From the NCBI GenBank assembly GCA_027068765.1, contig JAMOMC010000173.1:2668-66667 (forward strand): DNA of 64,000 bases, given 5' to 3'. This document shows positions 8,577 through 18,162 of this stretch, one piece after another; position 1 is the first letter of the stretch, and each line of letters opens with the position of its first letter. The notes beneath the pieces were generated by a model. The model ran no database searches. It was not told the origin of the DNA and saw only the letters and a list, made by a program, of their open reading frames with translations. Source of the stretch: Campylobacterales bacterium. Lineage in GTDB: Bacteria; Campylobacterota; Campylobacteria; Campylobacterales; QNZT01. The translations under genes were made by a program, and so were the position numbers.

Positions 8577-9272
8577 TTACTTTTTTGCCAAAATATCTAA
8601 CATATGTATGATAAATTTGGCACTATTTTTTGCTGAACTCTCTAAAAACTCTTCAAAATTAAAACCAGCATCCATGTCAGCACTATCACTAATTGCACGA
8701 AGTATAAAAAATGGAACATCAAGTGCTTCACAAACAACAGCCACAGATGCACCCTCCATCTCTAAAGCATCTGCTTTAAAAGTTTTGCTTATCCACTCTT
8801 TTCTCTTTTCATCTGCTACAAACTGATCACCCGTGGCAATTATGCCCTCTTGTAGTGGTATATTTAAATCTTTTGCAACATCTTTGGAAATTTTTAATAA
8901 CTCTTTGTCACTCTCAACAAAAACAGAACCTTCAGGAACATATCCAAAAGGGTGCCCAAAAGCACTAATATCCAAATCATGTTGACACAGCTTTGTAGCA
9001 ACTACCAAATCACCTATATTTAACTTTGGATTTATAGCTCCTGCTACTCCACTAAATAGAAGTTTTTTAGCTTTAAACTTCTCTATCATAGTAGCAGCTG
9101 TAAGAGATGCAAATACTTTTCCAATTTTGCTATAAGCTATGACTAAATCTAAATCTTTGTATTTTGTCGTATAGTAGGTATTTCCAGCTACTTTTTCACT
9201 CTTATAATCTCCAAAATACTCTAACAACGGCTCTATCTCTTCGGGCATTGCTCCCATTATCGCTATTTTCAT
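8577..9272 (-). CDS. mtnN: 5'-methylthioadenosine/S-adenosylhomocysteine nucleosidase (in Campylobacterota also aminodeoxyfutalosine nucleosidase)
   Basis: 231 aa with N-terminus MKIAIMGAMPEEI and EMEGASVA typical of Pfs/MTAN. It sits near fabD (one gene between), a neighbourhood I recall from Helicobacter/Campylobacter. Confidence 0.9.
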   Translation of the reverse strand: MKIAIMGAMPEEIEPLLEYFGDYKSEKVAGNTYYTTKYKDLDLVIAYSKIGKVFASLTAATMIEKFKAKKLLFSGVAGAINPKLNIGDLVVATKLCQHDLDISAFGHPFGYVPEGSVFVESDKELLKISKDVAKDLNIPLQEGIIATGDQFVADEKRKEWISKTFKADALEMEGASVAVVCEALDVPFFILRAISDSADMDAGFNFEEFLESSAKNSAKFIIHMLDILAKK

Positions 9273-9280
9273 CTCTCTCC

Positions 9281-10042
9281 TTAACTTGTTCTTAGTAGAT
9301 ACTTCTGCACCTTTGATAAACCTCTATCAACTTTGCCTATAATCATATCTCTTTCAAATATTTTTGCACTTAGCTCTATTGTGCCTGAGGGGTTAAATAT
9401 CATACTTTTTCCCCAAAATCCTAATCCATCTTCAAATCCAACACGATTTACAAACACAACAGATGCACCTGATAAAATTGCAGTAGTTGAGAGGATTCGT
9501 CTCCATTTTTTTTCAATCTCTAGCTCATTTTCCAAAAATCCACGAGCAGGGGAGGCTGCTATAACATATAAAATATCTGGTTTTAAAATTGAAATTTTAT
9601 TTATATTTTTGGAGCTCCAAAGATCTTCACAAATAACAATCATACTTTTTCCATACTCCGTTTCAAAACTTTTTAATCCTCTGCCTTCAAAAAAGAAGCG
9701 AGACTCTTGAAACATTCCATAGTTTGGAAGATTATTTTTATGGTGGATATTTATCAGTTTTCCTTCACTATAATAAAGAGCTGAGTTATATATCTTATGC
9801 TCCTCTTTTGTTGCTGCTCCTATGATTATGTCTATATCTTTACTAAGCTCTTCAAAAAGAGTAAGCTCACTTAGTAAAAATGCATCTTCATAAACTGAAT
9901 CCATAAGCATATATCCATTCATTGAGAGTTCAGGAAAGACGATAACATCAGCATTTTTAGCAACTTCTAAAATGGCATTTTCATGTATATCAAAGTTGTC
10001 ACGGCTTAGTTTTGGAGAGATTTGTGATAGTGCTATCTTCAT
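9281..10042 (-). CDS. carbon-nitrogen hydrolase (nitrilase superfamily)
   Basis: The Glu-Lys-Cys triad context is visible: FPELSMNGY, HHKNNLPNYGMFQE, VICEDLW. Confidence 0.8.
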   Translation of the reverse strand: MKIALSQISPKLSRDNFDIHENAILEVAKNADVIVFPELSMNGYMLMDSVYEDAFLLSELTLFEELSKDIDIIIGAATKEEHKIYNSALYYSEGKLINIHHKNNLPNYGMFQESRFFFEGRGLKSFETEYGKSMIVICEDLWSSKNINKISILKPDILYVIAASPARGFLENELEIEKKWRRILSTTAILSGASVVFVNRVGFEDGLGFWGKSMIFNPSGTIELSAKIFERDMIIGKVDRGLSKVQKYLLRTS

Positions 10043-10965
10043 GATAAAAGCTCAAATGCCTCTGCAAGAGTTTTCATATCTGTGATAGAGTGAGTTGGTA
10101 CTTTGGTGCTTCGTCTGTTTAACCCTTTTAAGACATTTCCTCCAAATTCTATAAAAAGCTCTACATCGTTAGAGAAGTTTTCAATAGATTGTTTATATAA
10201 AACAGGTTTTGTTAATTGTTTTGCCAAAAGTGAGATAGCCTCATCTTTTGTAGAGTAACTTTTAGCTGTGACATTTGAGATGATAGGTGCTATAAATTCA
10301 TCTTTTATAACCTCTTGTAAAATTTTTTCAACAGGAGAGCTTGCTGACTTTAGTAAAGGGCAGTGGCTAGCTATCGACATGTTTAGAAGAATGGCTCTTT
10401 TGGCACCCTCTTTTTTAAAAGTATCTTCTAAAGATGCAAGATCATTTTTAATCCCTGCCACAACTATCTGACCATCACTGTTATAGTTTGCCGCCCAGAT
10501 CTCTTTGCCATCTTTTCTTGCATCTTCAGTAATCTTTTCAACTTTTTCATCACCAAGACCAATAAGTGCCATCATGCCAGCATCAACACCCTCACAAGCT
10601 TCGCTCATAAGCTTACCTCTCTTATGAACAAGCTCTACACCATCAAGATAATCCAAAGCCCCAACTGAACAAAGAGCCGAAAACTCCCCAAGTGAATGTC
10701 CAAGAGCAAAAACAGGCTTTATACTCATCTCATTTTCAAATAGTTTATGTGCTATTTGGCTTACAAGAAAGATAGCAGGTTGAGTGTACATAGTCTGCTC
10801 TAGGAGGTCATTTTCCACAAATAGAAGCTTTTCAAAGTCAAACCCCAATTTTTCACTTGAACTTAAAATCATCTCTTTAGCTACATCAGAGTTATCAAAA
10901 AAATCCTTCCCCATCCCAAAAGATTGTGAACCTTGCCCAGGGAAAATAAATGCTATTTTTTTCAT
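10039..10965 (-). CDS. fabD: malonyl-CoA:ACP transacylase
   Basis: FPGQGSQ and the active-site GHSLGE motif; 308 aa. Confidence 0.93.
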   Translation of the reverse strand: MKKIAFIFPGQGSQSFGMGKDFFDNSDVAKEMILSSSEKLGFDFEKLLFVENDLLEQTMYTQPAIFLVSQIAHKLFENEMSIKPVFALGHSLGEFSALCSVGALDYLDGVELVHKRGKLMSEACEGVDAGMMALIGLGDEKVEKITEDARKDGKEIWAANYNSDGQIVVAGIKNDLASLEDTFKKEGAKRAILLNMSIASHCPLLKSASSPVEKILQEVIKDEFIAPIISNVTAKSYSTKDEAISLLAKQLTKPVLYKQSIENFSNDVELFIEFGGNVLKGLNRRSTKVPTHSITDMKTLAEAFELLS

Positions 10966-11084
10966 AAAAACTCCTTATATATTGATATGAAAGTGTAGTA
11001 TATTAGAAATTTATTTAAATATTAAACATAAAGCAGGGAAAACCACAAAGGTTTATATATAATTTAATGGCAATAGTAGTGTAG

Positions 11085-11516
11085 TTATGTTTTTTCATCT
11101 GCATACTGCAGAGTGTTTGACATCACTTGTAGTAATTTTGGTACATATATCATCAACTCATCAAAGACTTCAACTAACTCATCTTCGATATATTCGTGGA
11201 CTATTGTATTTCTGATGTCTTTCATTATGTGGATATCTTTTATATCTTCAAATAGTCCTCTTTTATCTGCTCGATTAACCACATCTATAAGAGTGCCTTG
11301 TGTTTCAAACTCATAAGCGTCAAGTGTTCTTAAAAATTTTCTTATTAAAAAATCAATACTTCTACTAAACCTACTGCACAAAGTTTCAAACTTGCCAAAC
11401 TCATCAATACTATACTCTTTTTTAACTCCTATAGCTTTGCACTCCTCATATGAGATATCAAGCCATGATTTTTGTTTTTCTAATAAACGGATATTTTCTT
11501 CTAAAACTTTTTTCAC
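11085..11516 (-). CDS. HEPN-domain toxin (HepT / nucleotidyltransferase-substrate-binding family)
   Basis: 143 aa with RNTIVHEY (Rx4HxY HEPN RNase motif) in the C-terminal third. 4-nt overlap with the upstream MNT gene. Confidence 0.7.
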   Translation of the reverse strand: MKKVLEENIRLLEKQKSWLDISYEECKAIGVKKEYSIDEFGKFETLCSRFSRSIDFLIRKFLRTLDAYEFETQGTLIDVVNRADKRGLFEDIKDIHIMKDIRNTIVHEYIEDELVEVFDELMIYVPKLLQVMSNTLQYADEKT

Positions 11517-11806
11517 AATTGGACTACCTTTTGTTGTATGATTTTTGTAAATGCTTTGGAAACAGAGTGAGTATCTAGTACTATATCTAGCTTCTGTTCT
11601 CCAAACTCTTTAAAAAATCTCAATCTAATATCTCTTAAATCTTTTAATCTCATCAAATCAGATAAAATAAGAATATCTATATCACCACCGCTTCTATCTA
11701 AATCTACTCTACTACCAAAAAGATAAATCTTAGCTTTTGAGTCTACCTGTAAAATCGACTCTTTTAAGATATCTATCTCTGCACAAGAGAGTCTTACTGC
11801 ATCCAT
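11513..11806 (-). CDS. minimal nucleotidyltransferase antitoxin (MNT)
   Basis: 97 aa with the pol-beta-type NTase motif GSRVDLDRSGGDIDILI (GS...DxD). Confidence 0.8.
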   Translation of the reverse strand: MDAVRLSCAEIDILKESILQVDSKAKIYLFGSRVDLDRSGGDIDILILSDLMRLKDLRDIRLRFFKEFGEQKLDIVLDTHSVSKAFTKIIQQKVVQL

Positions 11807-11921
11807 GGTATCTACCTTTTTATACTATTGTACCTAAAAAGGGGTAAAGATATTTTTAATCTAGTCGATATACTCTTAACGGCACAAAAAGAGTCGGGGA
11901 AAAAATTTAAGGAGTTCTTTT

Positions 11922-12392
11922 ATGAAAAGAAGTGGTTTTACAATGATAGAGTTGGTCTTCGTGATCGTGATTTTAGGTATTTTGGCATCAGTGGCGATTC
12001 CAAAATTGGCAGCAACAAGAGATGATGCAAATATAGCAAAAGCATCTACAGAGATTTCAGCATTAATTTCTGATATTGGTTCTTACTATACAGCTAAGGG
12101 TGAGTTTGATACAAATGTTAGCAGAATGACAAATGTTACACTTTATACAGATCTTACGACTGATCAAACACTTGCTGGAACAGTTGATTTTAAAGCAGGT
12201 GCTACAGTTAGTTATGGAGATAAAACAAGAGGAGAAAACTGTATAGATATTGTTGCAAATGATACAAATGGAACAATCACTCTTACTCAAGATGCTGCAG
12301 GAATAGCTGCTTCAGTTTTTTGTAGAGGTCTTAATAAATCGGTATCTAAATTAGTTACTGAGCATACATTTGGTGGTTCTTCAATTTACTAA
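11922..12392 (+). CDS. type IV pilin-like / pseudopilin protein 1 (prepilin-type N-terminal methylation domain)
   Basis: MKRSG|FTMIELVFVIVILGILASVAIPKL has a class III signal peptide with Glu at +5. SD AAGGAG. Two Cys near the C-terminus. C-terminal HTFGGSSIY is shared with pilin 2. Confidence 0.8.
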   Translation: MKRSGFTMIELVFVIVILGILASVAIPKLAATRDDANIAKASTEISALISDIGSYYTAKGEFDTNVSRMTNVTLYTDLTTDQTLAGTVDFKAGATVSYGDKTRGENCIDIVANDTNGTITLTQDAAGIAASVFCRGLNKSVSKLVTEHTFGGSSIY

Positions 12393-12406
12393 ATGATAGC
12401 TTTGTA

Positions 12407-12440
12407 GGGTGGATAAAATCCACCTTATAAATTTTAATTT
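12407..12440 (+). terminator. rho-independent terminator-like hairpin after pilin gene 1
   Basis: GGTGGAT-aaa-ATCCACC stem-loop (12408-12424) followed by the T-rich ttataaattttaattttt. Confidence 0.55.
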
Positions 12441-12490
12441 TTAAATATTCATAAACATTACGAGTATTTAAAAGTTAAAAAAGGTGAGAA

Positions 12491-12940
12491 ATGAAAAGCA
12501 AAAGAGAAGCATTTACTATGATAGAACTTGTTTTTGTTATCGTTATCTTGGGTGTTTTAGCTTCTGTGGCTATACCAAAGCTTGCAGCAACAAGAGATGA
12601 TGCAGAAGCTGTTGCTAGTGTTGTTGAGGTAAACAATATCATAACAGGTATAGGGACATACTACACAGCACAAGGTGTTTTTTCAAAACTTAGTGATATG
12701 ACAAATGAGAAGCTAGTAGATGTTTCGTTCAATGACTATGATGGGGATTTAACAACTTTGTCTTATTTTAGCAATGATGCAAAAACAGCTAAGTGTTTAA
12801 GTTTTCAAGTAGATGATTTAAATGGAAGTTTAACAGTTAAGTCTGAAAATAGCAGTGCAGGTTTGTGTGTGGCTTTAAATAAATTATTAGAAAATTCTAT
12901 CAAAGTGCATAACTTTGGTGGGTCAAGAATTTACAATTAA
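12491..12940 (+). CDS. type IV pilin-like / pseudopilin protein 2
   Basis: MKSKREA|FTMIELVFVIVILGVLASVAIPKLAATRDDA. Has its own SD, AAGGTGA. C-terminal HNFGGSRIYN parallels pilin 1. A 21-nt stretch, gcagcaacaagagatgatgca, is identical to pilin 1 (12584-12604 vs 12009-12029). Confidence 0.8.
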   Translation: MKSKREAFTMIELVFVIVILGVLASVAIPKLAATRDDAEAVASVVEVNNIITGIGTYYTAQGVFSKLSDMTNEKLVDVSFNDYDGDLTTLSYFSNDAKTAKCLSFQVDDLNGSLTVKSENSSAGLCVALNKLLENSIKVHNFGGSRIYN

Positions 12941-12951
12941 AAAGGGAAGAT

Positions 12952-13425
12952 ATGAAAAAAGCATTTACCATGATAGAGTTAGTTTTTGTTATTGTTGTAC
13001 TTGGCATCTTGGCTAGTATTGCAGTTTCAAAGATGGCAGTTACAAGAGATGATGCTATGTTTGTAAAAGGAAAATCACAAGTAGCAGCAATTAGAAATGC
13101 GATAACATTGGTGAGAAACACAAACATGCTTCAAGCTAGAGGCTCTGCTTGGCCTGTAGCACTTGATGATGCAGGTATAACTATTGGAGCAGAGATTTTT
13201 GATGGAAATGCTACTATTGGGCAACTTCTTGATTATCCTCTTTATTCAACAGATAAAAATGGATATTGGCAAAAAACTGCTGTAACTTCATATGCTTTTA
13301 AAGTTATGAATGTAGATGTGAACTTTACTTATAATGTAGCAGGTAATGGTCGTTTTGAATGTACTCAAGGGGCTGTTAATACTACAGTTTTAAGAGAGAA
13401 GTATTGTCAGATTTTGACTAGGTGA
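12952..13425 (+). CDS. type IV pilin-like / pseudopilin protein 3 (divergent C-terminal domain)
   Basis: MKKA|FTMIELVFVIVVLGILASIAVSKM. The GKSQVAAIRNAI segment and a C-terminal Cys pair (CTQGAVNTTVLREKYC) resemble CtsG-type competence pseudopilins of Campylobacter as I recall them. Confidence 0.75.
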   Translation: MKKAFTMIELVFVIVVLGILASIAVSKMAVTRDDAMFVKGKSQVAAIRNAITLVRNTNMLQARGSAWPVALDDAGITIGAEIFDGNATIGQLLDYPLYSTDKNGYWQKTAVTSYAFKVMNVDVNFTYNVAGNGRFECTQGAVNTTVLREKYCQILTR

Positions 13426-13759
13426 TTTAGTTTTTCTCTTTTTTGAGATAATTTACATTTTGTTTATTAGACCTGTTGCAAAATAGTAACTTTACTTTTA
13501 TCCAAATGCTTAGGAGCTTTTTTACCAGTCTCTAAAAACCAAGACTCTTTAGAGATTTGTGCTAAAACTTCCCACGTCTCTCTCTTTGGGTCATGTTTTG
13601 CTCTTACCATCTTACTTATAATTAAAAATTGCATAAAAAATATCTTTTAATCTCTTAGATTAGATTTTAAAAACAGTTATTCCCGTTATATTATTTATTG
13701 TTAAATAAATTTCACTTTATGTCGATATAGAATTAATGAAAACTTTTTAGGGATATTTT

Positions 13760-14506
13760 GTGCAAACTTTACAAATTTTAATTATTTTTATCACTTCTTT
13801 TCTCTTTTTTAGTGGATGTAGTGGTAAAAATAGTCAACTTTTTTCAAACAATGTTAAAACAAAACATAGTTTTAATCAAAACTTTATTTCAAAAGATTAT
13901 AAGATAAAACCATCAGACCGTCTCTCAATAGTCTTTTTTGAGTATCCTGAACTTAGCACAAAGAGTAAAGATTCAGCTACCTTAGATGTTGGTATAGAAG
14001 TTAGTTCAGCTGGTACTATAACAATGCCTATTATTGGTAAAATTTTAGTTGCTGGTAAATCCAAAGAAAAGCTTCAAGATATACTTTATAAAAAATACTC
14101 CCTTTATTTAGAGAAGCCTGCTCTTCGAGTTGATGTTTTAAATCAAAAAGTTTATGTTTTGGGAGAGGTTAAAAATCCAGGAGCGATTGAACTCTCAAAA
14201 CAGAGAACTCTAACACCGATAATGGCAATCTCTTTAGTAGGTGGACTTAGTGATTTTGCTTCAAGAGATACTATAAAAGTTGTAAGAGGTGGAAAAAATA
14301 ATTATCAAATTTTACATATTGATTTAACAGATATGAGTAGTATAAATAGGGCAAATATCAACCTATTGCCAGATGATATTGTTTATGTTGCACATAATAG
14401 AGTTAAAGATTTTAATCTTCCTTTAAGTGGAGCAAATCCTTCACTTGGTTGGATAAATACACTTTTTAGTACTTTTGCACTCTACCAAGCTTATACGAGG
14501 AATTAG
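13760..14506 (+). CDS. polysaccharide export outer-membrane lipoprotein (Wza-like; Poly_export + SLBB)
   Basis: GTG start, lipobox FFSGC, Poly_export-like KDYKIKPSDRLSIVFFEYPEL, and SLBB-like VYVLGEVKNPG. Confidence 0.8.
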   Translation: MQTLQILIIFITSFLFFSGCSGKNSQLFSNNVKTKHSFNQNFISKDYKIKPSDRLSIVFFEYPELSTKSKDSATLDVGIEVSSAGTITMPIIGKILVAGKSKEKLQDILYKKYSLYLEKPALRVDVLNQKVYVLGEVKNPGAIELSKQRTLTPIMAISLVGGLSDFASRDTIKVVRGGKNNYQILHIDLTDMSSINRANINLLPDDIVYVAHNRVKDFNLPLSGANPSLGWINTLFSTFALYQAYTRN

Positions 14507-14509
14507 AAG

Positions 14510-16831
14510 ATGAGCATAAGCGAACATGAGTTTCACGGTAGAAGTTTTTTTGATAAGATTTCTGATTATAAAAGGTCGATTTTTTTAATTACACTCTTTT
14601 TTATTTTGTTGACAATTATATATCTAATGTTTGCTAAAAAAGTTTATAGAACAGATGCAACCTTAGAAGTTATTCCTAAGTATAATTTACTTGGTATTTC
14701 AGCAGTTGAGGTTAGTCAAGAGAGTGAATATGAGAGACATTTTGAGACACAGATGGATTTTTTACAATCAAGATATTTAATTTCAAAAGTTATAAGTGAA
14801 CTTGAAGTTAATATTGAGTATTTAGATAAGATTGGTTTAAATAGCTATAAGTTATTGGAGGCTGAGCCACCTTTTTTAGTAAAAAACTTAAATATAAAAG
14901 ATGAGAGTTTTTATCATAAAGTTTTTCATCTTGAGCTTATTGATGATAAACATTTTGCACTTAGTTTAATCTCTAAAAATGGACTTGGTTCAAAAAAGAC
15001 AAAAGCACTTATTTATCAATTTGCTAAGCCAATAAAGAGTGATTATATGGATTTTACAATTATGAAAAATCATTTTTCAAATGTAAAAGAGGTCTATTTT
15101 AAGGTTAAATATCAAAGGGAAAATGTAGATGAAGTTTTAAGAAATTTAACTGTTATAAAAAATAGCTCAAAATCAAGTATTATTAAAATAATATATGATG
15201 ACAATAGACCAAAAGATGCTAAAAAGCTTGTAGATACACTAATTAAAGAGTATATGAAAGTCACTAAAACTAAACAAGTATCTCAAGCACAAACTCATCT
15301 AGACTTTATTGAGTCAGAGTTAAGCAAAGAGAGAGTGAATCTTGAAAACTCTGAAAATAAAATTCAAGAATTTGTAGAGATAAATAGAGTAACAGGGATA
15401 AATGAACAGACAAAAAATTTAATTAATACAATTTCTAAATATGAGCATGACCTTGAAGATATTGAAATTTTATATCATAATATCAAAGATATAAATAAAA
15501 TGTTTAGAAAAAATTATGACTATAAAGATATTTTGACAAGTATTTCACAACTTAATAATGAAAACTTGATTAAGCTTGTTGATTCAATTTTTGCTGATGA
15601 AACTAGGTATAAAGAGCTTAGAAAAAAATATAAGATAAAACATCCACAGATAGTTGCTCTTAAAAAAATCATTGCACAAAAAACTATGATTTTGGATAGA
15701 GCTTTGGCAAAATTGTTAAAAAATGCAGATATAAAAAGAGCTAAATTAAACTCCTTCTTAAATAGATATAAGTCAAATTTAACTTCTGTTCCACAAAAAG
15801 AGTTAGGTTATGCAAAATTAAAAAGAGAACATAATCTAATAGAGAAGAACTATATACTTCTTCTTGATAAAAAAAGACAGTTAAATATATCAGAAAAGAT
15901 ACAAAGTGATTACACTTATCGAGTATTAGATTATGCTTTTTTGCCAGATAGAGCAATAAAGCCAAGAAAGTCGATCTTACTCCTTTTGAGTGCAATTTTA
16001 GGTCTACTTTTTGGATTAATTTATGCTCTAGTTTCTCAATATTTTGCAAAAAAGATTACAGTTCCTAGTGAAGTTGAAGAGCTTACAAAAAAACCATATC
16101 TTGGGACAATTCCTTATATAAAAGATAAAAAGCTTTATAACGATCTTTTTGTAGCAAAAGAGCCTAACTCTATAGCTTCACAGATGATGTGGTCTCTTAG
16201 AGATAGAGTAGATGGGTTTAACCAAGAGAAAAAATCTAAAGTTATAGCATTAACCTCAATGGTAAAAGGAGAGGGTAAAACCACAGTAGCTGCAAATCTA
16301 GCAATTTGTCTTGGTATGGGAGATAAAAAAACAGTACTTTTATCACTAGATCTCAGACTTCCTGAAATTCATTTAAAATTTGGATTAGACAATAAGATAG
16401 GACTATCTTCGGTACTGTTTAATAAAAAAGAGCTTTCACAAGTTACATATAGATCAAATGAATTTAAAAATTTATATGTCATACCATCTGGTCCAAAAGT
16501 ATCTAATCCTATGCAGATAATTAACTCAGATCATATCGATAAGATGCTAGATGAGTTAAGAGAGATGTATGACTATATTGTTATAGATTTGCCACCTGCT
16601 GGAGTGGCTGCTGAGGGAGTCTTTTTGATGAAAAAAGCAGATCTTGTCATAAGTGTTTTAAAATCAAACTATTCTGAAAAGAGTTTTGTAACATACATGG
16701 AAAATATAGCTTTAAAAAACTCTATTAAAAATTTAGGGTTTGTTTTAAATGGTGTTAATAAAAAATATATTAAGATAATAGCACGAAAAGAGAATAAAAA
16801 ATATATTAACCATAATAAAAAATTGGCATAA
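14510..16831 (+). CDS. polysaccharide co-polymerase / tyrosine autokinase, copy 1 (Wzc-like)
   Basis: 773 aa. Two TM helices flank a long coiled-coil periplasmic region. C-terminal BY-kinase has Walker A GEGKTT, A' LLSLDLRLPE and B YIVIDLPP. The C-terminal tail has only two Tyr. Confidence 0.85.
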   Translation: MSISEHEFHGRSFFDKISDYKRSIFLITLFFILLTIIYLMFAKKVYRTDATLEVIPKYNLLGISAVEVSQESEYERHFETQMDFLQSRYLISKVISELEVNIEYLDKIGLNSYKLLEAEPPFLVKNLNIKDESFYHKVFHLELIDDKHFALSLISKNGLGSKKTKALIYQFAKPIKSDYMDFTIMKNHFSNVKEVYFKVKYQRENVDEVLRNLTVIKNSSKSSIIKIIYDDNRPKDAKKLVDTLIKEYMKVTKTKQVSQAQTHLDFIESELSKERVNLENSENKIQEFVEINRVTGINEQTKNLINTISKYEHDLEDIEILYHNIKDINKMFRKNYDYKDILTSISQLNNENLIKLVDSIFADETRYKELRKKYKIKHPQIVALKKIIAQKTMILDRALAKLLKNADIKRAKLNSFLNRYKSNLTSVPQKELGYAKLKREHNLIEKNYILLLDKKRQLNISEKIQSDYTYRVLDYAFLPDRAIKPRKSILLLLSAILGLLFGLIYALVSQYFAKKITVPSEVEELTKKPYLGTIPYIKDKKLYNDLFVAKEPNSIASQMMWSLRDRVDGFNQEKKSKVIALTSMVKGEGKTTVAANLAICLGMGDKKTVLLSLDLRLPEIHLKFGLDNKIGLSSVLFNKKELSQVTYRSNEFKNLYVIPSGPKVSNPMQIINSDHIDKMLDELREMYDYIVIDLPPAGVAAEGVFLMKKADLVISVLKSNYSEKSFVTYMENIALKNSIKNLGFVLNGVNKKYIKIIARKENKKYINHNKKLA

Positions 16832-16866
16832 TAACAACTTAACATAATAGTAAAAAAGGTAGTATT

Positions 16867-18162
16867 TTGACAACATTTTTTAAGAGTACCCCTTTTGTTA
16901 AGCAAGTTTATTTTTTTATCTCCTTGGCAATTTTTGTCTTTTTATCTATTCCCTCTTTTACTTTAATTGAGGGTGTTAGAATTGGGCAACTTTTTATATT
17001 GATTACTTTTATGCTTTTTATTGTTGATGATATATTAAATAGAGAGTTAAAGTTTGATATTTTGTTGTATTTTTTTATCTCTGCAGTAGTTATGAGTTTG
17101 ATAAGTTTTAATTCAACTGAGATTAAATTTAAAGAGATAAATTTTTTAGTAAAATATTTTCTTTTGTTTCCTGCTGCTTATTATGTTGGGGCTAGAGTTG
17201 TAAAAAAGATGAGTTTAGAAAAATTTATTTTGATGATAGAGATAGTGCTGTTTGTCTACTGTTTAAATGCATTTATTGTAGAGTTTGTACCTCTACCACA
17301 AGATTTAATTGATAAAATAGTAAGTTATAGGAGTGGGTTTGGCGGAAGTTTGTATTTGGATTATCAAGGTACATTTTTAGAAGCTGGTTGGCTTGCTTTG
17401 TGTGTTGGTGGAGTTTTAAGTATAAGTTTTTTAACTAGATTTCAGATGAATTTTTGGCCTAAAAATATGTTGGTTTTGTATCTTTTATATGGTTTTTCTA
17501 TCATCACTTTGGGGCTATCTAAAAATAAAACTGTATGGATTGCTTTGGTTGTTATACTAATAATACTTGTATTGTATAAAATTATACTTTTACTTCTATA
17601 CTCAAATAGATATAAACCTAAATATTTAGAAAACTCTCATCCTGTATTAAAACTATTATCTTCAATTGATAGTTTTAAAGTTATCTTATCGGTACTTCTT
17701 TTTATAGTGCTTTTTTTTATTATAAATAGCTCTCTTAGTGACCCTATCATCTCTGAGGCTATGATTTTGGAGAAGCTTGAAAAAGAGAGAGGGAAAGCTT
17801 TTTTGATTATTATGGATCTTTTAAAAGATTCTTATATGTTAGGTGGATATGGATTTGGATTTGTTGAGGCTTATTTTACCCTAAAACCTCAAGAGATATT
17901 GGGTCTTGGAGAAGGTTCTGGTATGGTTTTTAACTCATATTTGGATATCTGGCTTAGTGTTTCTATATTTGGTTTGATATTTCATTTGGGTTTAATTTAT
18001 ATCTCTAGTGATAGTAGATATTTTATAACTTTAGTTTTGCCTCTTTACTGTTTTATCTTTGCAAATTTTAATCCAGCTATTGGGGATGAGTTTTATTATC
18101 TATTTTTAGGTGTATCATTTGGTATAGCTAAAGAGTTAACAAATAGGAAGGTATATGAGTAA
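16867..18162 (+). CDS. O-antigen polymerase/ligase-like membrane protein (Wzy candidate)
   Basis: 431 aa with more than 10 predicted TM helices, TTG start. The LGLSKNKTVWIAL segment resembles the Wzy_C SRGAWLAL region. Confidence 0.55.
   Translation: MTTFFKSTPFVKQVYFFISLAIFVFLSIPSFTLIEGVRIGQLFILITFMLFIVDDILNRELKFDILLYFFISAVVMSLISFNSTEIKFKEINFLVKYFLLFPAAYYVGARVVKKMSLEKFILMIEIVLFVYCLNAFIVEFVPLPQDLIDKIVSYRSGFGGSLYLDYQGTFLEAGWLALCVGGVLSISFLTRFQMNFWPKNMLVLYLLYGFSIITLGLSKNKTVWIALVVILIILVLYKIILLLLYSNRYKPKYLENSHPVLKLLSSIDSFKVILSVLLFIVLFFIINSSLSDPIISEAMILEKLEKERGKAFLIIMDLLKDSYMLGGYGFGFVEAYFTLKPQEILGLGEGSGMVFNSYLDIWLSVSIFGLIFHLGLIYISSDSRYFITLVLPLYCFIFANFNPAIGDEFYYLFLGVSFGIAKELTNRKVYE

Noticed and set aside
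11870-11905. Possible sigma-54 promoter (cGGCACaaaaagagtcg) upstream of the pilin array.
   Set aside because: The GGCAC -24-like element is present, but at the required spacing there is no TTGC/GC -12 element. It does not fit TGGCAC-N5-TTGCW.
11828-12025. 65-aa plus-strand ORF overlapping the start of pilin gene 1.
   Set aside because: It is out of frame with the pilin gene, which has a strong AAGGAG SD and an unmistakable prepilin N-terminus. The composition looks random.
13467-13610. 47-aa minus-strand ORF (MVRAKHDPKRETWEVLAQISKESWFLETGKKAPKHLDKSKVTILQQV) in the 334-bp gap between pilin 3 and the wza-like gene.
   Set aside because: It has no convincing SD (only taagtaag), no recognisable family and a length below the track threshold. 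It could be a real small gene or another gene remnant, but I cannot support it from sequence alone.
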